Below, piece after piece: positions 15,245-24,664 of a stretch of 64,000 nucleotides of DNA; the first letter of the stretch is position 1, and each line of letters begins with the position of its first letter. The position numbers and the translations under genes were made by a program. The notes beneath the pieces are model-generated. The model was given only the letters and a program-made list of their open reading frames with translations. It was not told the origin of the DNA and did no database searches. Source of the stretch: Candidatus Doudnabacteria bacterium. GTDB lineage: Bacteria > Patescibacteriota > Doudnabacteria > UBA920 > O2-02-FULL-48-8. The stretch lies in assembly GCA_016186915.1 (NCBI GenBank), contig JACPKU010000006.1:12488-76487 (forward strand). Direction: 5' to 3'.

Positions 15245-16984
15245 ATGAATGTCGTTACCAATGGAAAAGAGTTATCAAATTCTTATAACCTAAGAATTTT
15301 TTTGTTATTAAGCTTCCTGACAGCCTTTATCGGGTTGGTGGTTCTGCGTTTGTTTAACCTGCAGGTTATAAATCATGATTATTATCAGGCAATTGCCAGC
15401 GGGCAGCACAGTTTTGAACAAACCATCTTGCCGAATCGCGGAGACATTTATCTCAATTCGATCAAGGAAAATCCATTATTGGTTGCAACTAATATTGATA
15501 AAAATTTAATTTATGCCTCTCCAAAAGAGATCAATGATCCTATCAACACAGCAAGCAAACTTGCTCCTTTGCTGGAACTGACAAGCCAAGAAATCATTAA
15601 TCGTTTTGCGCAAGGAAATCCGAACTATGTAGTTTTGCAAAAACAGGTGAGTGACGAGCAGGCGGACCAAATTGCGGGACTGGGATTGATAGGCATTCAC
15701 TCTGAGCCGGAAGTAGTTCGCTTCTATCCGGAAAATAATTTGGCCAGTCATGTTTTGGGATTTTTAGGCTTTCAAGCGGACAGACGAGTTGGGCAATACG
15801 GAGTTGAAGGGCGCTTCGATCAGGTTTTGTCCGGAGCGGCCGGCATTGAGGGGATAGAAAGCGACCTGGCCGGAAGATGGATCACTTTAGGGAGCAGAAA
15901 TTTCCAACCGGCAGAGAATGGGGACGATATTTATTTGACGATCGATCCTGCCATTCAGTTAAAAGCGCAGGAAGTATTGAAATCCACGGTAGAACAGCAC
16001 GGAGCCGATCGGGGAAGCGTGGTAGTGATAAATCCAAAGACCGGTGCGATTTTAAGCTTGGCGGTGTATCCTGACTTTGATCCGAATGCCTATAATTTAG
16101 TGGATGACATTGGCGTTTACAGCAATGCTGTTTTGGCCGCCGACTACGAACCCGGCTCGGTGTTTAAGCCGATCACAATGGCGGCCGCACTTAACGAAGG
16201 CGTAGTCACGCCGGAAACGACCTATGAAGATACGGGGGCTGTGGAGCTGGATGAGTTTACAATTAGAAACTCGGACGGTGAGGCCCATGGAATTCAAACC
16301 ATGAACGAAGTTTTGGAAAAATCCTTGAATACCGGCGCCGTATTTGTCGAGCAGCAGCTAGGGCACAAAAAATTTAAAAAATATGTGGAGGAGTTTGGAT
16401 TCGGACAGTTGTGGGGGGTGGATCTGCCGGGCGAAGTTTTGGGCAACATTAACAACCTCAATAAGAAAGGTGAAGTGTTTTTTGGCACTGCCTCATACGG
16501 CCAAGGCATTACGGTTACTCCTTTACAGCTGATCGCGGCTTATACTGCGATAGCAAATGGCGGCAAGCTTATGAAGCCGTATATTGTGGATCGCATGGTT
16601 CATCCTGATGAAACTGTGGAGCAGACTTTCCCCGAGCAGGTGCGAGAGGTGATTAGCCCTAAAACCGCGGCTACGGTTTCAGCCATGATGGTCAACGTGG
16701 TTGAGAACGGACACGGCAAAAGAGCGGCGGTCCCGGGATACTACATCGCGGGGAAAACCGGCACAGCGCAGGTGGCTTATCAGGACCGGATCGGGTATGA
16801 TCCCAGCAAAACCATTGGATCATTCGTCGGATTCGGCCCGGTTGACAATCCCAAATTTTTAATGCTGGTGAGGATTGATAATCCGAAAGACGTGAAGTTT
16901 GCGGAGTCTACTGCTGCTCCGGCATTTGGCGAAATTGCCAGTTTTATCCTTAATTATTTGCAAATCCCTCCGCCTCGCGATTAA
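15245..16984 (+). CDS. ftsI: Class B penicillin-binding protein (FtsI/SpoVD-like)
   Basis: RGDIY, EPGSVFK (SxxK), SLN (SxN), GKTGTAQ. Confidence 0.9.
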   Translation: MNVVTNGKELSNSYNLRIFLLLSFLTAFIGLVVLRLFNLQVINHDYYQAIASGQHSFEQTILPNRGDIYLNSIKENPLLVATNIDKNLIYASPKEINDPINTASKLAPLLELTSQEIINRFAQGNPNYVVLQKQVSDEQADQIAGLGLIGIHSEPEVVRFYPENNLASHVLGFLGFQADRRVGQYGVEGRFDQVLSGAAGIEGIESDLAGRWITLGSRNFQPAENGDDIYLTIDPAIQLKAQEVLKSTVEQHGADRGSVVVINPKTGAILSLAVYPDFDPNAYNLVDDIGVYSNAVLAADYEPGSVFKPITMAAALNEGVVTPETTYEDTGAVELDEFTIRNSDGEAHGIQTMNEVLEKSLNTGAVFVEQQLGHKKFKKYVEEFGFGQLWGVDLPGEVLGNINNLNKKGEVFFGTASYGQGITVTPLQLIAAYTAIANGGKLMKPYIVDRMVHPDETVEQTFPEQVREVISPKTAATVSAMMVNVVENGHGKRAAVPGYYIAGKTGTAQVAYQDRIGYDPSKTIGSFVGFGPVDNPKFLMLVRIDNPKDVKFAESTAAPAFGEIASFILNYLQIPPPRD

Positions 16985-16994
16985 ATTTGAATTT

Positions 16995-18260
16995 ATGCAG
17001 AAGCTTCTAACTGTTGTTTTAAAAATTCTGGCTCAGTTGACCCTGATCAGATTTCAGCCGAAGATCGTTGGGGTTACCGGCAGTGTGGGCAAAACCTCCG
17101 CTAAAGAAGCGATCTTTTGTGTGCTGAGTAAAAAATACAGAGTGAGGGCCAGTCTGGAAAATTACAACAACGAGATCGGGGTGCCGTTGTCAATTTTGGG
17201 TGAGAAATCAGCGGAACATAATATTCTAATCTGGCTTTGGGTAATCTTCAAAGGAATTTTGAAATTGATTTATTCTAAGTATCCGGAGATTTTAGTGCTG
17301 GAGATGGCAGTGGACAGGCCAGGAGACATGGGTTATTTGGTCAAGATAGTCAGAAAATTGGATTTGGCGGTGATTACTAATGTTGGCATAAGTCATTTAG
17401 AATTTTTTTCAAATCCTGCGGCATTAATGCGCGAAAAGCTTGGAATTTTGCAAGGATTAGGGGAGGACGGAAAAGTGATTGTTAATTCCGACGATTCTGC
17501 TCTTTTAGAAAACATTGACCGGACAAAATATAGAGTTGTTGGATTTGGATTTAAAGATAACTCTCTGATTAAAGCTTCGGATTTCCAGTTGATAAAAAAA
17601 GATGGTTTCTGGGGAGTGAATTTTAAGATTCACTACCAAGGAACCGTGGTTCCGGTTTTTATACCTAATACTTTGGGACGTCCTGCGATTTATTCAGCGC
17701 TTGCTGCCAGCGCAGTGGCTTTGGATTTTGGATTAAACTTAGTAGACGTGTCCAGCTCTCTTCAAAAATTTGTCTCTCCAGCAGGGAGGCTTAAGTTGAT
17801 TGCCGGGATCAAACATACGCAGATTTTGGACGATTCATACAATGCCTCTCCTGATTCGACGATTGTCGCACTGGAAGCTTTGAATTTGATGGCTCAAGGA
17901 AGAAAGGTGGCGGTCTTGGGAAGCATGACCGAGCTGGGGAAAGAATCTGAACGAGGCCATAAAGAGGTTGCCGCCAAGCTAATGGAGTTTGGGGCTACTC
18001 TGGTTTTTTTGATCGGAAGCGAAGCCAGGATAATTGAATCAGAGTTGAGGCAAAGAAAATTTGCCGGGCAGGTACGTTGGTTTGCGACCTCAGATGAGGC
18101 GAGGCTGGAAGTGCAGAAGCAAATATTGCCGGCAGACACGATTTTAGTGAAAGGCTCCCAGGCTGTACGGGTTGAGAAAGTGGTCAAAGAAATCATGGCC
18201 GAGCCTCTAAAGGCAAAAAAACTTTTGGTCAGGCAGTCAGAAAGTTGGAAGGATAAATAA
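16995..18260 (+). CDS. murF: UDP-MurNAc-tripeptide-D-Ala-D-Ala ligase MurF
   Basis: GVTGSVGKT, NNEIGVP, DDSYNASP, LGSMTELG, LVKGS; start ATG 16995. Confidence 0.92.
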   Translation: MQKLLTVVLKILAQLTLIRFQPKIVGVTGSVGKTSAKEAIFCVLSKKYRVRASLENYNNEIGVPLSILGEKSAEHNILIWLWVIFKGILKLIYSKYPEILVLEMAVDRPGDMGYLVKIVRKLDLAVITNVGISHLEFFSNPAALMREKLGILQGLGEDGKVIVNSDDSALLENIDRTKYRVVGFGFKDNSLIKASDFQLIKKDGFWGVNFKIHYQGTVVPVFIPNTLGRPAIYSALAASAVALDFGLNLVDVSSSLQKFVSPAGRLKLIAGIKHTQILDDSYNASPDSTIVALEALNLMAQGRKVAVLGSMTELGKESERGHKEVAAKLMEFGATLVFLIGSEARIIESELRQRKFAGQVRWFATSDEARLEVQKQILPADTILVKGSQAVRVEKVVKEIMAEPLKAKKLLVRQSESWKDK

Positions 18261-18290
18261 AAAAACTCGGTCGCAGGACCGAGTTTTTTT
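18260..18290. terminator. Bidirectional terminator
   Basis: AAAAAACTCGGTC-GCAG-GACCGAGTTTTTTT between convergent genes. Confidence 0.85.
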
Positions 18291-18291
18291 A

Positions 18292-18639
18292 TTATACGCT
18301 GTGGTATCTTGGTCTTGATTGTTTGTGCACCCATGAATTAGTGATAGATAGTATGATGCTGAAAAGCAGGGCCCACCAGAAATTTCCAACACTAAACCCC
18401 GGCACAATCGCACTTGCCAGCATTACGAGGACCGCGTTGATAACCAGAGTAAACAGTCCGAGCGTAAAGACATTAATCGGCAAGGTAAAAAGAACAATGA
18501 TCGGTTTGAGGAAAGAATTGATTAACCCCAAAACCAGCGCCGCGACCACTGCGGCAAAAAATCCATCGACCACGATTCCGGGAAGGATGTAAGCGAGGGC
18601 GAGGATGATGACCGCAGTAATAAGCCATTTTATTAACAT
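18292..18639 (-). CDS. Phage-holin-family (YvlD/DUF360) membrane protein
   Basis: ALVLGLIN..LKP...FTLPIN.FTLGLF.LVINA; start ATG 18639. Confidence 0.88.
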   Translation of the reverse strand: MLIKWLITAVIILALAYILPGIVVDGFFAAVVAALVLGLINSFLKPIIVLFTLPINVFTLGLFTLVINAVLVMLASAIVPGFSVGNFWWALLFSIILSITNSWVHKQSRPRYHSV

Positions 18640-18722
18640 AGTGTTTGTTTTAATTATTGCTTTAATATTATAGCAGTCTTTAAAAATAAGCAAAAAGTCT
18701 ATATAAGGTATAGAAATTTTTC

Positions 18723-18797
18723 TGGTGACCCATAAGGGAGTCGAACCCTTGTTCCGACGTTGAGAACGTCGTGTCCTAACCACTAGACGAATGGGCC
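18723..18797 (-). tRNA. tRNA-Glu (CTC)
   Basis: Reverse complement GGCCCATTCGTCTAGTGGTTAGGAC-A-CGACG-TTCTCAA-CGTCG...GGTTCGACTCCC...GGGTCACCA; cloverleaf with encoded CCA. Confidence 0.97.
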
Positions 18798-18872
18798 AAA
18801 TGCAGCAATATTATAACTTTGTTTGCTTTTATTTTCAAGTTGTTTATGGTATAATTAGTTTACTAAGCTTTC

Positions 18873-20105
18873 ATGGAAGAAACCAAAACAGCCCAAAAAA
18901 CCCGCCTAACCTTTCCGAAGGGTTTTTTGTTAGGGGCGGCGGCCGCGGCGCATCAAGTGGAAGGAAATAATACCAAAAATGACTGGTGGCGAGCGGAAGA
19001 GGAAGGGAAACTTAAGGCCAAGTCCGGGTTGGCCTGTGACCATTACAACCGTTATGAGGAAGATTTCCAGATAGCCAAAAAATTGGGACTCAACGCGCTG
19101 CGCATCTCCATTGAATGGAGCAGGATTGAGCCTCAGGAAGGGAAATGGAACAGCAAAGAGATAGAACATTACCGAACTGTTTTGCAAAAAATGAAAGACC
19201 TTGGGTTAACTAGGATGGTAACGCTTTTTCATTTTACGCTGCCTGTGTGGGTGGCGGATAGCGGGGGGTTTGAAAACCAAAAAGGAGTAGAAGCGTTCGC
19301 CAGGTTTGCCTGGTTTGTGGCCGAGAATTTGGGAAATGAGATAGATCTTTGGTGCACGATTAATGAACCTGGGGTTTATACTGCCATGGGTTATAGAAAG
19401 GGACTGTGGCCGCCTTTTAAAAAAAGCACCGTTCCCATGATTAGCGTTTATCTGAATCTTATCAAAGCTCATAAGTCTGCCTATCACGCCATTAAGGAAG
19501 TTATTCCAGAAGCACAAGTCGGGATTGCAAAAAATAATCCTTACAACGAGCCTTTTTATCGCAATCACTGGCTTGATCGACTGCTGACGAGGGTCGTGAC
19601 GTATATTGGTAACCATTATTTTTTGGATCGGATACAAAACGAGTGCGAGTTCATCGGCCTAAACTACTATTTTTATCATCAGTTGAGATTCCACCACAAA
19701 CACGGCGGCGTGGACATGAATCGCAATAGACATGAAGAGTATCGCCACGACCATACCGAATTTGTCCGTTCTGATTTGGGCTGGCGATTGTTTCCGGAAG
19801 GACTGTACCATCTGCTCAAGGATTTAAAAAAATATAGTAAACCAATTTATATCACTGAAAACGGACTGGCTGATGCGAAAGATGCCCATAGATACAATTA
19901 CATCAGCGAAGCGTTGAGTGCCACCAAACACGCCATTGACGAAGGCGTGGACGTTCGCGGATATTTTTATTGGTCTTTGACCGACAACTTTGAATGGCAC
20001 GAAGGATTTTGGCCGCGATTCGGGCTGGTGGAGATTGATTACGAAACGCAAAAAAGAACTGTTCGGGACAGCGCCAAGATTTTTAAGGAAATAAAAATCG
20101 AATGA
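18873..20105 (+). CDS. Glycoside hydrolase family 1 (beta-glucosidase-like)
   Basis: FPKGFLLG, HQVEG, TINEP, IYITENG, DNFEW..G..PRFGL. Confidence 0.95.
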   Translation: MEETKTAQKTRLTFPKGFLLGAAAAAHQVEGNNTKNDWWRAEEEGKLKAKSGLACDHYNRYEEDFQIAKKLGLNALRISIEWSRIEPQEGKWNSKEIEHYRTVLQKMKDLGLTRMVTLFHFTLPVWVADSGGFENQKGVEAFARFAWFVAENLGNEIDLWCTINEPGVYTAMGYRKGLWPPFKKSTVPMISVYLNLIKAHKSAYHAIKEVIPEAQVGIAKNNPYNEPFYRNHWLDRLLTRVVTYIGNHYFLDRIQNECEFIGLNYYFYHQLRFHHKHGGVDMNRNRHEEYRHDHTEFVRSDLGWRLFPEGLYHLLKDLKKYSKPIYITENGLADAKDAHRYNYISEALSATKHAIDEGVDVRGYFYWSLTDNFEWHEGFWPRFGLVEIDYETQKRTVRDSAKIFKEIKIE

Positions 20106-20995
20106 GTTTATACATTACAATCGCGATCAGTGCGTATTTGCTGTTTGCTTTTAACGGCATAGCAGACAAGTTTCTGCTGACTAAGGCGGTGAAGCATCCT
20201 GTAACTTACGCGTTTTATTCAAGCGCCGGTTCGGTTTTGATTCTGGCGCTCGCGCCTTTTTTCTTGGAAGCCATATCCTGGTCAACTTTTTATATCGCCA
20301 TAGTTGCTGGGGCTTGTTTTTCTTTTGCTCTTTATTTTCTGTACGATGCGACGCAAGACACTTCTATTTCCAGGATCTTGCCAATCGAAGGGGGACTGGT
20401 GCCGGTGTTTACACTTGTTCTCTCTTATCTTTTGCTCGCTGAAAGACTAAACAATACCCAGTTGTCAGCTTTTTTCTTTTTAGTTATGGGCGCGATCATG
20501 ATTTCTTTCAGACATGAGCGTGACGGTTGGCACATTACGGCTTTGAAAAATGCCACCATCGCCGCAGTTTTATTCGCGCTGTCTTTCGTTTTAACCAAAT
20601 ATGTTTATCTTGAAACAAGTTTTCTGTCTGGGTTGGTTTGGACGCGAATGGGCTTGGTGGTAGGCGCCTTAAGCTTTTTGCTTATTAAGCAGTTCAGAAA
20701 AGTTATTTTTGCCGCGCCAGAGAAGACCAGCGGCCAGAACAAGTTGATTTTTTACGGCGCCCGTGTTTCGGGGGGGCTTGGCGGGTTTTTGCAAAATTAC
20801 GCGATTTCTTTGGGCAGTGTAACCATCGTCAATGCCCTGCAGGGCACGCAGTTTGTCTTTTTGCTTATCATGACCAGCATTTTATCAATTTATTTTCCCC
20901 AAATAATCAAAGAGAAAATCAGCAGACTTATTTTGCTGATTAAAATCGTGGCAATGCTACTGATCACTTTTGGGCTTACAGTGTTGACCGTATGA
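20102..20995 (+). CDS. EamA/DMT-family transporter
   Basis: About 10 TM helices in two repeats; translationally coupled to GH1. Confidence 0.8.
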   Translation: MSLYITIAISAYLLFAFNGIADKFLLTKAVKHPVTYAFYSSAGSVLILALAPFFLEAISWSTFYIAIVAGACFSFALYFLYDATQDTSISRILPIEGGLVPVFTLVLSYLLLAERLNNTQLSAFFFLVMGAIMISFRHERDGWHITALKNATIAAVLFALSFVLTKYVYLETSFLSGLVWTRMGLVVGALSFLLIKQFRKVIFAAPEKTSGQNKLIFYGARVSGGLGGFLQNYAISLGSVTIVNALQGTQFVFLLIMTSILSIYFPQIIKEKISRLILLIKIVAMLLITFGLTVLTV

Positions 20996-21996
20996 AGAAG
21001 AGGATCTTGGAAATATTTGTTGGAACACTAGTATTATTTTTTTTAATGCTGGTTTTCTTTTATTCTCAGCACGTATCAGCGCCTCAAGAAGAAGCGGAGT
21101 GGGGTATCAGTTTTTCGCACAGCCATGCCGAATATTTGGGCTTTGATTGGCGGACTATGTATCTGGACATGCTTAATGACCTGAAACCCAAGAAATTGCG
21201 GCTAATGACATATTGGGATGCTTTGGAACCTGAAAAAGGAGTTTACGATTTTCAGGCAGTAGACGAGATGCTGATTGAAGCGGAAAAACAAAACATAGAC
21301 GTGATTTTGGTGGTTGGTCGCAAACAGCCGCGCTGGCCAGAATGTCATAATCCAGCATGGTTCGATGGCTATTCTTCTGAAGAGCAGGACCAGGAACAAC
21401 TCAAGTTTGTTAAGGTGTCAGTTGAGCATTTCAAACAGTTCAAGGCCATAAAAATCTGGCAAGTGGAAAATGAAGCCTTGTTTAACTTTGGTGAGGGCTG
21501 TACCAATACGCCTAAATTGGTGCTGCAACAGGAAATGGGGATTGTCAGAGCTTTGGACAACAGGCCTATTATGGTAACAGATAGCGGCGAGCTAGGGCGA
21601 TGGGTGCCAGTTGCCAAAACTGCGAAGCCGGATATTTTTGGCACCACGATGTATCGCACCATATATAACGAATACACCGGCTATCTTAAATATCCTCTAC
21701 CTCCTGGGTTTTTCAAAATCAAATCAGGGATCTTGCGAACTCTTACTCCGATTACAGACATTCGGGGCGTGGAGCTGCAGGCTGAGCCTTGGTTTAAAGA
21801 CCCAATCGAAGCAACAGACCTGGAGACTCAAATGACCCTGATGAATCCGAAGATCTTTGCGGACAATATTGAGTATGCAAAGAAGACAGGCTTGAAAGAA
21901 CATTATCTTTGGGGCGTGGAGTGGTGGTATTGGTTGGCGCACAAGCAGGGGGATTGGGGAATGTGGCAGACAGCTAAAGAATTATTGGTTAACTAG
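20992..21996 (+). CDS. Membrane-anchored GH-A-clan glycoside hydrolase (GH42/GH5-like)
   Basis: N-terminal TM; W..LEP.KG.YDF, KQPRWPECH, WQVENE, ELQAEPW. Confidence 0.8.
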   Translation: MKKRILEIFVGTLVLFFLMLVFFYSQHVSAPQEEAEWGISFSHSHAEYLGFDWRTMYLDMLNDLKPKKLRLMTYWDALEPEKGVYDFQAVDEMLIEAEKQNIDVILVVGRKQPRWPECHNPAWFDGYSSEEQDQEQLKFVKVSVEHFKQFKAIKIWQVENEALFNFGEGCTNTPKLVLQQEMGIVRALDNRPIMVTDSGELGRWVPVAKTAKPDIFGTTMYRTIYNEYTGYLKYPLPPGFFKIKSGILRTLTPITDIRGVELQAEPWFKDPIEATDLETQMTLMNPKIFADNIEYAKKTGLKEHYLWGVEWWYWLAHKQGDWGMWQTAKELLVN

Positions 21997-22270
21997 TCCT
22001 GCATGTTGTTTTGTCGAGCAATCGATTTGCCCAGAAACGTAGAGAAAAGGGAGAAGGTCGGGTGTCTTCTCGAGATACTGGAGATAAAAGAATATACCGT
22101 AACGTAAAATGCGCGGCCGCGAAAAAGACGTGCAGGGAGTTTTTAAGGGTTTTGAGTTTTTTTGATTTGTGTTGGACAATTCGGCGGGGTTGACAAAGAT
22201 TGTTAATTGATATAAGATAATAGTCCTCTCAAAACATGCTTGAAATAAAGGTAGAAAGGAGAAAACTAAA

Positions 22271-22453
22271 ATGCCAAAACATTTGTTGGTTATTTATGAG
22301 ATTGCTCTGAAAGCCGCTCGTGTTACAAACAAAAAAACCTATCGCGAGTTTGAACGATGGGTAAGAAGGGTAATTAACGAGTGCAAAGACGCGGCCGTGG
22401 AGCGAGTGGCCAGAATCCATTTAATCAGGCTGCAGCAACAATTTAGTATGTAA
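22271..22453 (+). CDS. Stand-alone 60-aa basic hypothetical protein
   Basis: TTGACA-17-TAAGAT promoter (22190-22218), AAAGGAG SD, terminator at 22455-22483. Confidence 0.65.
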   Translation: MPKHLLVIYEIALKAARVTNKKTYREFERWVRRVINECKDAAVERVARIHLIRLQQQFSM

Positions 22454-22454
22454 C

Positions 22455-22483
22455 AAAACGCCCCGTGATGAGCGGGGCGTTTT
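22455..22483. terminator. Bidirectional terminator
   Basis: AAAACGCCCCG-TGATGAG-CGGGGCGTTTT. Confidence 0.85.
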
Positions 22484-22484
22484 G

Positions 22485-23021
22485 TTACAACCTTTTTTCC
22501 GGCAGATGAATGTCGCGAGTTAACTCTTCAAAGTCAGGCAATTCCTTCATATCTTTAATTCCCAGATGCTGCATAAACTCGAGTGTGGTTTTGTAAAGCT
22601 GCATTCTTCGGTCTTTCTCAGAAGCAGTCTTTTCAATCAACCCTCGGATCAGCAGCTGCCTTAGGATGTATTGCGAATTAACGCCGCGGATATTTTCTAT
22701 CTCCGCTTTGGATACCGGTTGTCGATAAAGAACGATCGCTAAAGTTTCAAGGGACGCCTCAGTCAGTTTTTCTCGCAGCTCCAAAGAAAGAAATCTTTTG
22801 ATCTGGGAGCTGTTGTCCGGATTAGATGCTAGTTGGAGTTTGTCATTATGGGCAAGCAAAATAATCCCGGAATTTTGATTTTCCCGCGTAAGCTCGGAGA
22901 TGGCCAGTTTAGTAGTTTCCACGTCGACGTCCAGGCTTTTGCTGAGTTCTTTGACAGATATCGGCTTAGAAGCAACAAATAGAATTGATTGGATTTGGGA
23001 TTTGAGCTGCGGAAGATCCAT
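22485..23021 (-). CDS. scpB: SMC-Scp complex subunit ScpB
   Basis: SILFVASKP, LTEASLETLAIVLYRQPVSKAEIENIRGVNS. Confidence 0.95.
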   Translation of the reverse strand: MDLPQLKSQIQSILFVASKPISVKELSKSLDVDVETTKLAISELTRENQNSGIILLAHNDKLQLASNPDNSSQIKRFLSLELREKLTEASLETLAIVLYRQPVSKAEIENIRGVNSQYILRQLLIRGLIEKTASEKDRRMQLYKTTLEFMQHLGIKDMKELPDFEELTRDIHLPEKRL

Positions 23022-23026
23022 AGTAA

Positions 23027-23725
23027 CTATATTTTTTTAATGATAATGTCTGCAAACGCGTCATTTTGTTCAACCGTTAGGATCCTTTGTTTGATCAGTT
23101 CAAGGAGGGCGAGGAAGGTTACAATCACTTCTGTTTTGTCGCCGGAATTTTTTATCAATCCAGACAGAGATAATTCAAGTTTTTCTGAAATGAGCTCTTG
23201 GATATGATCTATTTTTTCAGAAATAGAAACAACTTCCGCCAGCGCTTCTCGTGGAAGACGGACAATTTGTTTTAGTTCCTCGGCAAGAACATGTAGCTTT
23301 TGAGCGAGCTTATCCGCAGTGGCGTCAGGATCAGGGACAAAAGTTATTTTGTCAGCAAATTCTATTTCTCGAATCCAGGACTGTCGTCTTTTCAGTTCTA
23401 GTTTGCGCAAAAAACTGGCAGCCTCTTTATATTTTTTATAAACTAAGAGCTGTTCGGTTAAATCAAACGCTTCTTCCTCTTCTTCTCTCTCCAGTTCAAG
23501 CGAGGGGAGCAGGGCCTTGGATTTGATGACCAAGAGCTTAGCGGCAATCACCAAAAAATCCGCCAGACTGAGCGGGTTTTTATTCTGTAAGTTTTTTATA
23601 TATTCCAAAAACTGTTCAGTTACGTTGGCCAGTGAGACCGTGGTAATGTCCAGCTCCTGGTTTTCGATCAACTGTAGCAAAAGATCCAGAGGACCCTCGA
23701 ATTGTTGGAGCTTTACTTGAACCAT
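23027..23725 (-). CDS. scpA: SMC-Scp complex subunit ScpA
   Basis: FEGPLDLLLQLI, FLVIAAKLLVIKSKALLP, VTFLALLEL. Confidence 0.95.
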   Translation of the reverse strand: MVQVKLQQFEGPLDLLLQLIENQELDITTVSLANVTEQFLEYIKNLQNKNPLSLADFLVIAAKLLVIKSKALLPSLELEREEEEEAFDLTEQLLVYKKYKEAASFLRKLELKRRQSWIREIEFADKITFVPDPDATADKLAQKLHVLAEELKQIVRLPREALAEVVSISEKIDHIQELISEKLELSLSGLIKNSGDKTEVIVTFLALLELIKQRILTVEQNDAFADIIIKKI

Positions 23726-23739
23726 AGAGCGTTTAGCTG

Positions 23740-24108
23740 TTAGCGTTTAGCGTATAGAGGTTTTAGACTTTGTATTAAGGCGTGCAACATTTTCTGTATT
23801 TCTTCTAAAAGAAGTTCGGCCCTTAGGTAATTTATATTTTGGTATTGGCGCTTAGCGATGACAATTTGTGTTTCTAGTTCACCCGAAGAAGAATTAGCTA
23901 TTCCAAGAAATTGGATAAACTCTAAGCGATGATTGCGTTTATAGCCCTCGGCAATATTCGACGCTATTGCAACCGCTGCTCTCTGCATCTGAGAAGCTAA
24001 ACCGTATGTTTCAGATTTCGGAAATTTAGCAGTAATTTTATAAATTTCGTCCACGAGATTGATCGCTTTTTGCCAAACTGTTAAATCCTTAAACGATTTT
24101 AATTTCAT
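23740..24108 (-). CDS. Four-helix-bundle protein (23S rRNA intervening-sequence protein / bAvd-like family)
   Basis: SFKDLTVWQKA, FPKSETYGLASQMQRAAVAIASNIAEG, FLGIANSSSGELETQ. Confidence 0.92.
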   Translation of the reverse strand: MKLKSFKDLTVWQKAINLVDEIYKITAKFPKSETYGLASQMQRAAVAIASNIAEGYKRNHRLEFIQFLGIANSSSGELETQIVIAKRQYQNINYLRAELLLEEIQKMLHALIQSLKPLYAKR

Positions 24109-24134
24109 GATTTCTAAACGCTCTACGCTGTACG

Positions 24135-24605
24135 CTATACGCTTTTTTTAACTGAGAAATTACCGAGTATGGGATTTTCCAGCCTTAGATAATCTTTGGA
24201 GCTAATTTGCACGGATTCGGTATAGGAGCCGGCGGGGAGGATTAGTTTTTTCGCGCGGGCAAGCTTGTTGTCGAGATAAACCGGCAAGCCGTAGAGACTG
24301 CCGAACGGCGCGATTAACCCTATCTTGGTTTTTAATTTGGCCGTAATCTCTCGCTCTTTTGCCATGGAGACCTTGGCGCCGATCAGTTTGGAGAGTTTTT
24401 TGAAATCCGTGTTTTGTCCAGCTGGTAAAACAGCAAGATATAACCCCTCTTTGCTTTTAACTAGAACCGCCTTGCCCACATCGGAAAGTTTAGCATGCTG
24501 GGTTTCCGCGGCGTCGAAAGCGGTGTAGACTTTTTTGTGTGCCACTGTTTCGTACCTGATTTTGTTTTGCTTTAATAGCTTTTCAAGATTTTTTGATATG
24601 GGCAT
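24135..24605 (-). CDS. YbaK/EbsC-family aminoacyl-tRNA deacylase
   Basis: KAVLVK...LAVLP, GLIAPFG, AGSYTESV; start ATG 24605. Confidence 0.85.
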   Translation of the reverse strand: MPISKNLEKLLKQNKIRYETVAHKKVYTAFDAAETQHAKLSDVGKAVLVKSKEGLYLAVLPAGQNTDFKKLSKLIGAKVSMAKEREITAKLKTKIGLIAPFGSLYGLPVYLDNKLARAKKLILPAGSYTESVQISSKDYLRLENPILGNFSVKKSV

Positions 24606-24606
24606 C

Positions 24607-24664
24607 GTCTTCGACTCCGCTTCGCTTCGCTCAGACAGCAATGCTGGCTGAGCTTGTCGAAGCC
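24607..24664. repeat. CTTCGAC...GCTCAG / CTGAGC...GTCGAAG palindromic element
   Basis: Fills the aspS-ybaK gap; same family as inserts at 60159-60243 and 6380-6400. Confidence 0.8.

Noticed and set aside
18292-18797. Prophage remnant (holin next to tRNA)
   Set aside because: YvlD-type proteins are common chromosomal genes, and there is no integrase, att duplication or other phage gene.
24606-24641. N-terminal extension MLSERSEAESKT of YbaK
   Set aside because: It is the translation of the intergenic palindrome; the ATG at 24605 is the better start.
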